Shown: piece after piece, positions 27,869 to 37,653 of the stretch
How the letters are laid out: each line of letters begins with the position of its first letter
How positions within the stretch are numbered: position 1 is the first letter of the stretch
UHGV virus genome: UHGV-0038496
Strand: one strand, 5' to 3'
Length of the DNA stretch: 64,000 nt
Source of the DNA: a virus
Program-made: the position numbers and the translations under genes
The notes under the pieces: model-generated
What the model was told of the DNA's origin: nothing
What the model saw: the letters and a program-made list of their open reading frames with translations, nothing else
The model's database searches: none

Positions 27869-28075
27869 ATGAGTCGGTGTGCTAAAGGTGGTGATCTTGT
27901 AGTGCATGAAGGTGACTGGCTGGAAGTGCGGGATAAGGACGGAAAGCTGGTCTTTGCCAACAGGATCAATCACGACATGTGTCAAGAAATGCTCAATCGC
28001 TACTTGGTGTTTAAAGCAGACATTGACATGACAAAAGATAAAGAGTATCATATCAGGGTAAGGAAATGCCAATAG
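27869..28075 (+). CDS. hypothetical protein
   Basis: 68 aa ORF, CTGGAG RBS. Confidence 0.4.
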   Translation: MSRCAKGGDLVVHEGDWLEVRDKDGKLVFANRINHDMCQEMLNRYLVFKADIDMTKDKEYHIRVRKCQ

Positions 28076-28181
28076 GCAAAACCTTACCCAGCGATAGATA
28101 ATTTGTAATTGATAAACCACAAGATATAGTGTAAAATAGAAGTTCGTCTCGCCCAAAAGACGGCTTCAAGGAGAGACAGAA

Positions 28182-28646
28182 ATGAGCGATATGATGACAC
28201 CTAAGAAAGTATTTATCTCTGTGACCCTTGATTTTCTGGCACAGTTGCCAGGTGTTAATCTTAAGACAAGAAACGGGCTACGAGCTGCACTCTATGCTGT
28301 AGGCTTTGACCTCAAGAACATAGATGTGATGAAAGGTAAGAACGTCCGTTGTAAAAACAAAACCACACATTATCGTAAAGCAGATATCTTTGCTGGTGCA
28401 ATGCGTAAAGATTTCCTGTATCCAGAAATTTATCATGGTGTGGATATTCTTGACGTAGAAGAAGTACCAGAAGATGCATTACTGGTTTCTGATCTGCCGT
28501 ACGATATTCCGGTTGAAGACCGCGTGAATGTTCGTAAGTACACAAAACGCCAGGACAAAGAGCAACAAATGTCTATAGGCGAAGATGAACCTTTCGACAT
28601 TGACGATTTCAAACGTCTGGAAAAATTGTTTGGACTTGAAGCATAA
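28182..28646 (+). CDS. hypothetical protein
   Basis: 154 aa ORF, AAGGAGAG RBS. Confidence 0.5.
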   Translation: MSDMMTPKKVFISVTLDFLAQLPGVNLKTRNGLRAALYAVGFDLKNIDVMKGKNVRCKNKTTHYRKADIFAGAMRKDFLYPEIYHGVDILDVEEVPEDALLVSDLPYDIPVEDRVNVRKYTKRQDKEQQMSIGEDEPFDIDDFKRLEKLFGLEA

Positions 28647-28659
28647 TACAGAGGGCAAA

Positions 28660-28905
28660 ATGAGTAAAAAATGGGAAGAAAGAGGTTTTGGTAGTCGTGC
28701 AGAATACGTCGGATGGTTGTGGTTTAATGGCCTCACTGATGACAACCGACTACGTGACGATGTTTATTTTGATGAATTTAAAGGAAAAGTCATCAATATA
28801 ATGGAAGAACTTGACAGACAAGAGCTGGAAGCTCAAATACGGGACGCCGATGTTGATATTGCCGAAAAAGAGTTTGGCATTGGTGATCCGAAAGATTATC
28901 AATGA
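28660..28905 (+). CDS. hypothetical protein
   Basis: Start at internal ATG after AGAGGG to avoid overlap with upstream gene. Confidence 0.4.
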   Translation: MSKKWEERGFGSRAEYVGWLWFNGLTDDNRLRDDVYFDEFKGKVINIMEELDRQELEAQIRDADVDIAEKEFGIGDPKDYQ

Positions 28906-28926
28906 TAAAATTAGAGGAGTTTTGCT

Positions 28927-29439
28927 GTGTTAAACGTAATCAAGAGAGATCTGACAACAGAACCTTTTGATGCTCGTAAAATAGTGGTAGCTGCACAAAA
29001 AGCCCTGGAGGCATCCGGGGCTGATGTGACAAGAGCATTTCATGCTGCACATTTTATTGCTGACGAGATTGTTTCTGAATTGGAGAGCTATGCTCAACAT
29101 GAAGAGGAGATAACAGTACCTGAAATCCACACAATGGTGGAAAACGCTTTGATGCGTTATGGTTATCTGGATGCTGCCCGTGCTTATATTGAGTACCGTA
29201 AAACCCGTGATAACAACCGTGAAGCTGCTGGTAAACTGCTGGCAGATGTTAATGGTTTCCTTGACCAATCCTGTGATGAATTCACTAAGGAGAATGCTAA
29301 CAAACCCACCAAGCATGTGCACACTCATCGTGATTTACTGGCCGGGATTCTAAGTAAGCACTTAGCTGTTACACAGATCCTACCGGAACATATTTCGAAG
29401 GCACATACTGATGGTTTTATACATGTCCATGAACAACAT
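28927..29439 (+). CDS. nrdD: anaerobic ribonucleoside-triphosphate reductase, exon 1 (ATP-cone); 3' boundary approximate
   Basis: N-terminus VIKRDLTTEPFDARKIVVA is ATP-cone-like; frame ends in intron-like sequence. Confidence 0.55.
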
Positions 29440-30452
29440 CGTGGCCTTACTGAGTGATCAGTATTGAATAACTCTGTTAACGCTAATTGCAAAGCGGTGT
29501 GCAGCGAAAAGCTGTGCTAACGGTTCAGAGGCAGGTGACTGCATTATGAGTAAGGGAGCCTAAACCCTTTGGACTAGGGGCAAGGTAATACCGTGCTAAG
29601 AATAGTGGCATCCTCTTAACTAGGAGGATGGTATGAATTTAGAATATGTTGATTGTGGGGATTACACAATCTATGAAGACGGTTATGTGGTTGACCATAT
29701 AGATGGCTATTGTGGTTGGGGGTACAGAAACGGTGGATACAGAGAAGCCTATGTTTACATAGGTGGAGAAAAGAGAAGAATGAAAGTTCACAGGTTAGTA
29801 GCTATGGCTTTTATTCCAAACCCTCTGAATTTGCCAGTTGTTAATCATCTGGATGGGAATAAGATGAACAACCACAGAGACAATCTTGAGTGGTGCACAC
29901 AAGGTCGTAACAATATACATGCAATTGAGACAGGATTAAGAAACGTCGCTGAATCGAACAGTAAGAGGTGGGATGACTCTGCATTCAGAGAAAGAACGGC
30001 TTCCAGAATAAGTGCGACACAAAAAGAACGCGGGACAACCGCTGGTAGGAATAATCCTCGTTTCAAGTATGAGATTGTTAAAGACGGAGATGTGTACACG
30101 GCTCCAGAGTTCTTCAATAAATTCAAAGATGTTTATGGTTTAAAACATTTGGAAAATCTGATAGGTAATTGTTGTGCATACCTCAAGCACAACTTGAAAA
30201 GAAAATTCTGGCTTAAAGTTGGAGCAGAGCCACGCTACGCCAAGAAAGAGTAAAACCTTCGGATGCCACTATTTATGTGTATCGACTATCCCGTAAGGGA
30301 GTAGGTGGGAGATGCTCCCCATCCAAAAGCAGAGGATCTCTAACTAGAGATCGTGATATAGTCATTGCCTACAGAAATGTAGGAGAATCAAGGATTTAGA
30401 TTACATAATTAGTCCATTAACGAACTGTTGTCTTGTAAATTATCCAGACATG
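29440..30452 (+). mobile_element. group I intron 1 in nrdD (HNH endonuclease-containing)
   Basis: Interrupts nrdD frame; contains ATCGACTATCCCGTAAGGGAGTAGG and GATATAGTC elements shared with terL introns; 3' end ...CAGACATG fits phase of exon 2. Confidence 0.5.
29633..30253 (+). CDS. HNH homing endonuclease (intron-encoded)
   Basis: HRLVAMAFIPNP...NHLDGNKMNN...NLEW; AGGAGG RBS. Confidence 0.65.
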   Translation: MNLEYVDCGDYTIYEDGYVVDHIDGYCGWGYRNGGYREAYVYIGGEKRRMKVHRLVAMAFIPNPLNLPVVNHLDGNKMNNHRDNLEWCTQGRNNIHAIETGLRNVAESNSKRWDDSAFRERTASRISATQKERGTTAGRNNPRFKYEIVKDGDVYTAPEFFNKFKDVYGLKHLENLIGNCCAYLKHNLKRKFWLKVGAEPRYAKKE

Positions 30453-31055
30453 CTGGAGCATGGATTTACAATAGGTAACGCAACCATAGGAACACCAAAT
30501 TCTATTAATGTAGCTGCAACAGTTCTTTCACAAATTTCAGCTGCTGTTTCTGGTGGGCAGTATGGTGGGCAGACGTACAGTCACATAGACCGCTACCTTG
30601 TCCCCTATGTAGAAAAAACACATAATAAAAACTTATCTTTCTGTAAAAAACACGGTTTGCCGGAAAGCGTTGCTGATGAAATGACAGAGAAAGATGTATA
30701 TGATAGTATGCAATGTTTTCTCTATCAAATCAACACCTTAACCAGCACCAACGGGCAAACTCCGTTTTTGACTATCAGTTTAGGTCTTGATACTTCTAAA
30801 TTTGGGAGGATGATCACTAAAAACTATCTTATGGTTCATAAAGGTGGCATTGGTGAAGACCATATAACCCCAGTATTCCCTAAAGTCTTGTTCTTCCTTG
30901 AAGAAGGGGTGAACATGAACCCAGGTGACCCAAATTACGATTTGAAACGCCTGGCTTTGGAATGCTCAGCAGAGCGAATTTACCCAGACTTCGTTTCTGT
31001 GCCTTTGAACAGAAAAGTGACAGGATCTACTGCTGGCGATGTTACAAGCATGGGT
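30453..31055 (+). CDS. nrdD: anaerobic ribonucleoside-triphosphate reductase, exon 2
   Basis: Frame continues reductase body; ends with U before splice donor. Confidence 0.55.
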
Positions 31056-31833
31056 AAACTACTATTGCTCATGTAAAACCTATCTAAACGGGGGAACTCT
31101 CTACGGAGAAAATCCCGTGCTAAACGTAACAGAACTCCCGGAGAAAAGGAGTCCTGAAATGAGAAAACAAATTCGTGATTTTGAAGGGTATGAAATTGAC
31201 GAGATGGGAAATGTTTATTGCACCCGCTACGAAAAGGAAAGAATCATCCATCCGTGGGAAGAAATAAACACAGGCTACCTTCTTGTCAGGATACGCAAGA
31301 ACAAGAAAACTGTTTGCCTGAGGGTTCACAGACTTGTTGCTGAAGCGTTTTTACCGAATCCAGACAATTTGCCCTATGTTAAGCATAAGGGTGACAACAA
31401 GAAAGATAACAGCGTATACAATCTTGAGTGGGGTGCTTGCCCAGATAATACCCAGGAAGGTTACGACAACAACTGTTATACTTTTTACACAAGGTGTCAC
31501 GGTGTGAAAGCTACCAACAAACTGACTGGTGAAGTTTTCCACTTTAAGAGTCTGAGATGCTGTGCTGATACTTTAGGGGTGGATAGAAAAAGAATATCTG
31601 CTATCCTGAAGCGTGGAGCACCTAATAACTATGATTACGAGTTCTGTTACGAAATGCCGAACGACTAACCGTGATGAATGTAGCGGTGTAGGGTGCAAGC
31701 CTATGGCACTCCAAAAGATAGGCACACGAAAGTGTGAAGATATAGTCTGATCTGCATGGTGACATGCAGCCGAGCATGGATGCGGTGGATGGAACCAACG
31801 GGGGTAGTGTTGCGAGCTACTCTGAACACAATG
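31056..31833 (+). mobile_element. group I intron 2 in nrdD (HNH endonuclease-containing)
   Basis: Exon 2 ends ...ATGGGT, intron ends ...CACAATG (omega-G), exon 3 begins TGT giving continuous ...SMG/CRSF...; AAGATATAGTCTG and CTGCATGG..ACATGCAG hairpin near 3' end. Confidence 0.6.
31159..31668 (+). CDS. HNH homing endonuclease (intron-encoded)
   Basis: Start at MRKQIRDFEGYEIDEMGNVY after AAAGGAG; VHRLVAEAFLPNP...NLEWG. Confidence 0.65.
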   Translation: MRKQIRDFEGYEIDEMGNVYCTRYEKERIIHPWEEINTGYLLVRIRKNKKTVCLRVHRLVAEAFLPNPDNLPYVKHKGDNKKDNSVYNLEWGACPDNTQEGYDNNCYTFYTRCHGVKATNKLTGEVFHFKSLRCCADTLGVDRKRISAILKRGAPNNYDYEFCYEMPND

Positions 31834-32808
31834 TGTAGAAGTTTCTTGAGTAAATACAACGATCCTGTAACAGGTGAAGAGAAATATCTCGGTCGTTTCA
31901 ACTTAGGTGTGGTAAGCCTGAACCTACCTATGATTGCAGCTCGTTCCAAAGCTGAACAGGTAGATTTCTTCAAACTGCTTGACGAGTATCTTGAACTGGC
32001 GTATGATGCTCATATGGTACGTGTGAACCGTTTGAAAGGCACAAAAGCTGGACAGAACCCGATCATGTGGTGTGAAGGTGTTCTGGCTCGTCTTGATCCT
32101 AATGAGGAGATTGACAAACTGTTCTACGATGGCTATGCTTCTATAAGCATCGGCTATATTGGTGTTTATGAAACATGCCAGATCCTTGGCAGAGAAGGCG
32201 ACAAAAACCTTGCTCTGGGTATCCTCCAGCACATGAAGGATAAATGTGTTGAGTTCAAAGAACGCAGCAGATTAGGTTTTAGCCTGTACGGCACACCAAG
32301 TGAAAATCTCTGCTATAAAGCGGCTACTTGCTTAGACAGGGCGTATCCTGGAGTTCTGGAGCACGAAAGGGAATATCTGACTAATTCGTTTCATCAGCCA
32401 GTCTGGATCAAGAGCAGTCCTTTCGACAAGTGGGACTATGAAACCGGATTCGCAGCGATCTCCAACGGAGGGTTCATAGGTTACGTTGAACTACCTAATT
32501 TACGTAACAATCTCGATGCTTTGGAAAAAATTGTTGATTACGGGTACACCCATTTGCCATATTTCGGCATCAACATGCCTGTTGACCAATGCTTCAAATG
32601 TGGCTTCCGTGGGGAATTTTCTGCCACTGCAAAAGGGTTCTGCTGCCCTGAGTGTGGTAACCATGACGAAAGTAGCATCAGTGTGATCCGAAGAGTATCA
32701 GGCTATCTGTCTGCACCTAATGCTCGCCCATTCAATCGAGGGAAACAATCGGAGGTGTTAGAAAGGGTTAAACATGTCGGCAACGTAGATTGTTGTAGTA
32801 TCTGTTAA
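31834..32808 (+). CDS. nrdD: anaerobic ribonucleoside-triphosphate reductase, exon 3 (C-terminal zinc ribbon)
   Basis: C-terminal CFKCG...CCPECG zinc ribbon as in class III reductases. Confidence 0.6.
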   Translation, partial: CRSFLSKYNDPVTGEEKYLGRFNLGVVSLNLPMIAARSKAEQVDFFKLLDEYLELAYDAHMVRVNRLKGTKAGQNPIMWCEGVLARLDPNEEIDKLFYDGYASISIGYIGVYETCQILGREGDKNLALGILQHMKDKCVEFKERSRLGFSLYGTPSENLCYKAATCLDRAYPGVLEHEREYLTNSFHQPVWIKSSPFDKWDYETGFAAISNGGFIGYVELPNLRNNLDALEKIVDYGYTHLPYFGINMPVDQCFKCGFRGEFSATAKGFCCPECGNHDESSISVIRRVSGYLSAPNARPFNRGKQSEVLERVKHVGNVDCCSIC

Positions 32809-32862
32809 CAGAGGTAGGAGCCACCTCTGGTGGGTGGCTCTATACCTTCGTAGGGAGGAGTT

Positions 32863-33372
32863 ATGAATGGAAGATGTTCTATACCTGTTCCTAAAGGTAG
32901 TAACGGAGAAATCTTATGGGATGAAATTTTCATAGCCAAAGATAAAGGTTTAGTGTGGAAATACGACAGAAGGATGGTTAAAGCTGGCGAGAAGGCAGGT
33001 ACAAAACAGAAAAATGGCTACTTTGCTGTCTATGTTTGTGGGAAACAGTATTATGTTCACCGAATAGTTTGGGAAATGCATAATGGTCCTATACCGAAAG
33101 GTAAAATGATTGACCATGTGGATCACGACAGAGAAAACAATGATATAAGCAATCTTAGGCTTGTTGATGATAAAGGCAATACGAGAAATGTATCCTTGAG
33201 AGCAGACAACAAGTGTGGTTGCCCTGGTGTGTGCTTCGACAACACAAGGCAGAAATGGCTTGTCACTATTTGCGGGAAATACATAGGTAGGTTTGATACC
33301 TTGTTTGAAGCAATTTGCGCCAGAAAATCTAGAAACGCAGAGCACGGCTTCCACAAGAACCACGGGAGGTGA
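32863..33372 (+). CDS. HNH-AP2 homing endonuclease (free-standing between nrdD and nrdG)
   Basis: VHRIVWEMHNGPIP...IDHVDHDRENNDISNL HNH motif; AP2-like C-terminus. Confidence 0.6.
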   Translation: MNGRCSIPVPKGSNGEILWDEIFIAKDKGLVWKYDRRMVKAGEKAGTKQKNGYFAVYVCGKQYYVHRIVWEMHNGPIPKGKMIDHVDHDRENNDISNLRLVDDKGNTRNVSLRADNKCGCPGVCFDNTRQKWLVTICGKYIGRFDTLFEAICARKSRNAEHGFHKNHGR

Positions 33373-33615
33373 CTATCGTAGCCCATAGAGGCCATTTAAA
33401 TAAGGATAGCCAAAGAACACAAAGAGGTGCTGTTAAGATAAGCAAATGCTGATTGTTAGGTAAAGAAGAGGTTTAATTGATTAAAGAAAAGGTTGAGGAA
33501 ATTGTCGAAAGTCCTGTAGAATGGTGTAAGCGAATGCAGGATGAAGCCGAGACAACAGAAGATGTGATGAATCACTATAAACTGGCCCAGATGTGGATGG
33601 GACGGGAGAAAAAAG

Positions 33616-34101
33616 ATGAACATAGTGGGGTATGACTCTACCTCTTATACAGAGGGTCCAGGTATCAGGGTTGCTGTGTGGGTGTCTGGTTGCGTACATC
33701 ACTGCAAGGGGTGTTTTAACGCTCATTATTTCGATCCGAAGGTAGGTACACCATTTTCAGAAAAACATCTTGACAAAATACTTCAAGATCTGGATAATAG
33801 CTACATCGACGGAATCAGTTTCCTCGGTGGTGAACCTCTTGCACCTTACAACGTGGAAGGCGTTCTTTCAGTAATGCGAGAAATCCGCAAAAAATTTGGT
33901 GACAAGAAGACAATTTTAGTGTATACTGGCTACGTATTGGAAGAACTACCGATTTGGGTACGTGCCCAGGTAGAATGCCTTGCTGACATGATTATCGACG
34001 GCAGATATGAGAAAGACCTGCCAACAAAGAAACCTTTCCGTGGTTCTGATAATCAGTGCTTTTATGTTAAGAAAGACGGCATCTGGCACAAGGTTGATTG
34101 A
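33616..34101 (+). CDS. nrdG: anaerobic ribonucleotide reductase activating protein (radical SAM)
   Basis: CVHHCKGC = Cx3Cx2C radical-SAM cluster motif near N-terminus; next to nrdD. Confidence 0.65.
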   Translation: MNIVGYDSTSYTEGPGIRVAVWVSGCVHHCKGCFNAHYFDPKVGTPFSEKHLDKILQDLDNSYIDGISFLGGEPLAPYNVEGVLSVMREIRKKFGDKKTILVYTGYVLEELPIWVRAQVECLADMIIDGRYEKDLPTKKPFRGSDNQCFYVKKDGIWHKVD

Positions 34102-34138
34102 AAAGCAAGCAAACAATACGTAATACTTAAAAGATTGG

Positions 34139-34168
34139 TTGACAAAGCCCAGTAAACTTTGCTATACT
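34139..34168 (+). promoter_or_regulatory. sigma70-like promoter
   Basis: TTGACA-18-TATACT. Confidence 0.5.
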
Positions 34169-34199
34169 TAGTTCAACAAAACAGAGGAGGAGCCTTGAA

Positions 34200-34322
34200 A
34201 TGGCTAAGAAAATGCTGAAAAAAGCTCTGAAGAAAGAAATGGCACTAGAGCTTAAACGTAGGCGTAAACACGAAGAGATTGAAAGGGCAAAACGTAAAGC
34301 AAAAGAAGAGGAAGAAGAATAA
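34200..34322 (+). CDS. hypothetical small basic protein
   Basis: 40 aa Lys/Arg/Glu-rich ORF after AGAGGAGG; stop overlaps next start. Confidence 0.35.
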   Translation: MAKKMLKKALKKEMALELKRRRKHEEIERAKRKAKEEEEE

Positions 34323-34681
34323 TGCCGATCAATGTAGACAAACGCAGAGCTTTGGCTCAGGAATTTGTGGATTTAGTATTTCCACGTATGATGGCAGGCC
34401 ATGCTGAAAGTATTCAGTTTGAACTGGAAGGTATTCGCCTGTTACTACAGAAATCTACCGATCCTCGTTTGATGAAAGACCTGGAAGCAAAAGCCAAACA
34501 GCTTGAAAAAGCATTGTTAGCTGAAACTCAGGCCAAAGTGCGGGAGATTATGGTGGATGCGATGGCGAAAGAGTTCTCCGTGAAAGAGTTGGAAGAACTG
34601 ATCCACACAGAGAAACTTAACATTCGTGTACAAGGTGTAGCAGCCGGACTTGATCAATCTTTAACTGAACTCCTGGGATGA
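34322..34681 (+). CDS. hypothetical protein
   Basis: 119 aa coiled-coil-like ORF. Confidence 0.5.
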   Translation: MPINVDKRRALAQEFVDLVFPRMMAGHAESIQFELEGIRLLLQKSTDPRLMKDLEAKAKQLEKALLAETQAKVREIMVDAMAKEFSVKELEELIHTEKLNIRVQGVAAGLDQSLTELLG

Positions 34682-34775
34682 TTCAAGAAAACAGCCGTTG
34701 ATTAGGCCGTGCGGTGCTGAAGTGTAGCGGTCTGAAACAATATTCCCCAATTATCCTCAACTAAGGAGTCCCAAA

Positions 34776-35585
34776 ATGGGCAGAAGTTTAGAGACTAAAA
34801 TGCGTCGTCAAGAGGCTCGTGAGGCTCGTAAAGAAAAACGCATGAAACATGCTGTTGAGAAATTTGCAGAGGAACGTGAAGAGATTCAGAAAGTTGAACC
34901 TCTGGTGGGCCTCAATCCTAAGCAAAAAGCTATGCTCCGTGCTCTGCGTGAAAAAACTCTTATTGTGGTAGACGGTTTAGCAGGGACTGGGAAAACATAT
35001 CTTGCGGCGGCTTTTGCAGCAGACCTTTTCCGTGAAAACCAGATCGATAAAATCGTTGTTACTCGCCCTTTAGTATATTGCGGGGGGAAAACAAGCGGTT
35101 ACAAACCTGGTGGCGTTGTAGAGAAAATGGGGCCGTATGTACGACCAATGCTGGAAGTAATTATGTCTCGCCTGGGTAAAGGTGCTTATAAAACTGCACT
35201 GGCGAATGGTACTGATGGTCGTATTGAAATTCTTGAGTTTGAAAGTGTGCGTGGTCGTTCTATTGGTTCAAGCAAGTGCCCGACAATTCTGATTGTTGAC
35301 GAAGCACAGAACGCAACACCAGAAGAACTTTTCAGTATGATCACTCGTATTGGTGAAGGCTCTAAAGTTATCTTACTTGGCGACGTATACCAACGTGATA
35401 CTCGCAATTCTGGTCTGAAATGGTTAACAACTTTCATTGAAAACCATGAAGGTCTTGACGAGTTTGCTGAGGTTATTCACTTCAACCGTCCAGAAGATAT
35501 TGTTCGTTCTGGCTTAACTAAAGCTATGATTACTGCTGTTATGGAAGATGCTGATGACGGTCTGTATGTTCCTATCAGTAAATAA
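34776..35585 (+). CDS. phoH: PhoH-like ATPase
   Basis: Walker A GLAGTGKTYLA and Walker B ILIVDEAQN. Confidence 0.7.
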   Translation: MGRSLETKMRRQEAREARKEKRMKHAVEKFAEEREEIQKVEPLVGLNPKQKAMLRALREKTLIVVDGLAGTGKTYLAAAFAADLFRENQIDKIVVTRPLVYCGGKTSGYKPGGVVEKMGPYVRPMLEVIMSRLGKGAYKTALANGTDGRIEILEFESVRGRSIGSSKCPTILIVDEAQNATPEELFSMITRIGEGSKVILLGDVYQRDTRNSGLKWLTTFIENHEGLDEFAEVIHFNRPEDIVRSGLTKAMITAVMEDADDGLYVPISK

Positions 35586-35625
35586 TTGACAGGAGGGAGG
35601 GGTGTCATGCCCCTCTTTTGCATAA

Positions 35626-36162
35626 ATGTCAAAAGCAAGAGAGATAGAGTTAAAATACGGTCAAGAAGGCTTCAATAAATTATTCCTTATAGACCAAAAG
35701 AACAATTTGGTGTGGAAAGTAAATAGAGGTGGTGGAGCAAGAATCGGGGATGTATCTTGCAACAGCAAAGACACTTCTGGTTACTTCATTGTTACAGTAG
35801 ACGGTGTGCATCTGGCAGCTCATAGGGTTATTTGGATTATGAGGCACGGCGATATACCGGATAACATGCAGATTAATCATATAGACCTGTGTAAAACCAA
35901 TAATGCTGACTCTAACCATGAGCTTGTGGCACATGCTACAAATTGCAGGAGGAGAGGTCCCCAGAGGAAAAGCAAAACGGGTTATGGTGGTGTGCATTAC
36001 CGTAAAGATCGGGATAAATGGAGAGTTTGCACAAGAAACGAGAAAGGTGAACGTGTAAACCTTGGGTGCTATGACGATCTCGACATGGCTAATACAGTTG
36101 TTACTTTGTACAAGATAACATTAGAAGCATTATTCGGAGAAGATTTTAAATATTTGTGTTGA
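35626..36162 (+). CDS. HNH-AP2 homing endonuclease (free-standing)
   Basis: HRVIWIMRHGDIP...INHIDLCKTNN HNH motif; AP2-like C-terminal repeat. Confidence 0.6.
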   Translation: MSKAREIELKYGQEGFNKLFLIDQKNNLVWKVNRGGGARIGDVSCNSKDTSGYFIVTVDGVHLAAHRVIWIMRHGDIPDNMQINHIDLCKTNNADSNHELVAHATNCRRRGPQRKSKTGYGGVHYRKDRDKWRVCTRNEKGERVNLGCYDDLDMANTVVTLYKITLEALFGEDFKYLC

Positions 36163-36187
36163 CAACCATCGTCGTTTCTGTTATAGT
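36159..36187 (+). promoter_or_regulatory. sigma70-like promoter
   Basis: TTGACA-17-TATAGT overlapping end of upstream endonuclease gene. Confidence 0.5.
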
Positions 36188-36213
36188 TAGTCCCATCAAG
36201 AGGAGAACGAAGT

Positions 36214-36531
36214 ATGGCAGAAAAGAGATTTCTATCATTGCAAGAAAGACTTAACAAAGTGTATTGCCTTGTCCCTAAAGGTGAAGGTTATATCGTAGCC
36301 AACAAGGGAACACGTAATGCATGGGTCAAGAATCCTGACGGTTCTGTAGAAAGTGTGGCAATCTTGACAAATTCGTCTTACAAGATGTTCACAGAGTCTA
36401 TGGAATATTTCACAAGTGAAGTAAAATTTGTTGGAGAAAAGGTTGACATAGACGGTGTAATCTGGTACATTGTTGACATTGCAGGAATCCCAGAGAACGA
36501 CAACACTTACAAATACGTTGTAGCAAGATAA
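36214..36531 (+). CDS. hypothetical protein
   Basis: 105 aa ORF. Confidence 0.5.
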   Translation: MAEKRFLSLQERLNKVYCLVPKGEGYIVANKGTRNAWVKNPDGSVESVAILTNSSYKMFTESMEYFTSEVKFVGEKVDIDGVIWYIVDIAGIPENDNTYKYVVAR

Positions 36532-36585
36532 GGTGGTGATGCAGTAACGCTACAACAAGTCTACCCTCACATAAGGATCGCTATC

Positions 36586-37599
36586 ATGAACAAATTTTAT
36601 AACAATCGTCGTCAGCCTGAACGCAACGAGAAAGCAGTAGAACCGATGCAGAACAAAATGTTTGGTATGCCTGGTGGCATCATGGAAACATACAGCTATC
36701 CTGCTCCGGTTATGGATCACGTCATCTATATTGATGACTTAGAAGACCTTCAGGACCATCTATCTCGTTTACAACTGATCCGTATGCTGCAACCTGATGA
36801 TTCTATTCGTATTATCATCAATAGCCCAGGGGGTTGCGTTAACATTGCTATGGCTTATCTCCAGGCAATGCGTGAATCTCAGGGCCATGTAGTTACTCAT
36901 GCGGAAGGTATGGTTTGCTCTGCTGGTACTATTTTGTGGTTAGGTGCAAAAGAACGTACTTTGTCTCCGAACTGTGAGTTCATGTTCCACAACTATCAGG
37001 GCGGTACTTTCGGAGACGGTGCTAACATGCACGATCAGGTGACTTTCTTCAAACGTCATTTTGATCGCTTGATTGATAAAATGTATACTGGGGTGTTAAC
37101 TGAAGAAGAGATTGCTAAAATTAAAGGTGGTGGTCAGGTTTGGTTGAACGAAGAAGAGATCGCTGAACGTACTGGTGCAATCATCCTTGACGAAGAGAAT
37201 ATTGCACGTATTCAGGCTGGTCAGCAGGCTTTACCTTTCAACAAAGACCGTGGCGTGTTAGGTGAAGAAGGTTTACCGGAAGTTCATCAATGCAGCTCTA
37301 TGGAAGAACTGGTAAAAGCTATCCATGAAGCGAAAGCAAAAAGCAATGAAGAAGATAAACCGAAAGATGTTTATCTGAATCTGCTGATGGACGATGGTCG
37401 TAACTTTAAACTGAACGTTGCAACGTTAAGTGAAGAAGAGCTGAAAGACTTCACTGTTGCAGAACTTCGTGAGATTCTGGTTCAATTACACGGTGCTTTA
37501 ACTGGTGAAGAAATTGAAGTTAAAGACAACAACCGTGGTCGTCTGGTTAAGAAAATCATCAAAGCTGGCAAAGATCTTCATGATAAATTGCTGGGCTGA
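36586..37599 (+). CDS. ClpP-like serine protease with C-terminal extension
   Basis: ClpP-type motifs around INSPGG and MVCSAG (Ser) in N-terminal half; about 150 aa acidic coiled-coil-like extension. Confidence 0.55.
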   Translation: MNKFYNNRRQPERNEKAVEPMQNKMFGMPGGIMETYSYPAPVMDHVIYIDDLEDLQDHLSRLQLIRMLQPDDSIRIIINSPGGCVNIAMAYLQAMRESQGHVVTHAEGMVCSAGTILWLGAKERTLSPNCEFMFHNYQGGTFGDGANMHDQVTFFKRHFDRLIDKMYTGVLTEEEIAKIKGGGQVWLNEEEIAERTGAIILDEENIARIQAGQQALPFNKDRGVLGEEGLPEVHQCSSMEELVKAIHEAKAKSNEEDKPKDVYLNLLMDDGRNFKLNVATLSEEELKDFTVAELREILVQLHGALTGEEIEVKDNNRGRLVKKIIKAGKDLHDKLLG

Positions 37600-37613
37600 T
37601 TAACATAACGCTA

Positions 37614-37637
37614 AGCCCTCTTCGGAGGGCTTTTTTG
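37614..37637 (+). terminator. rho-independent terminator
   Basis: AGCCCTCTTCGGAGGGCT followed by TTTTTT. Confidence 0.65.
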
Positions 37638-37653
37638 ATCTGGAGATTTATTT

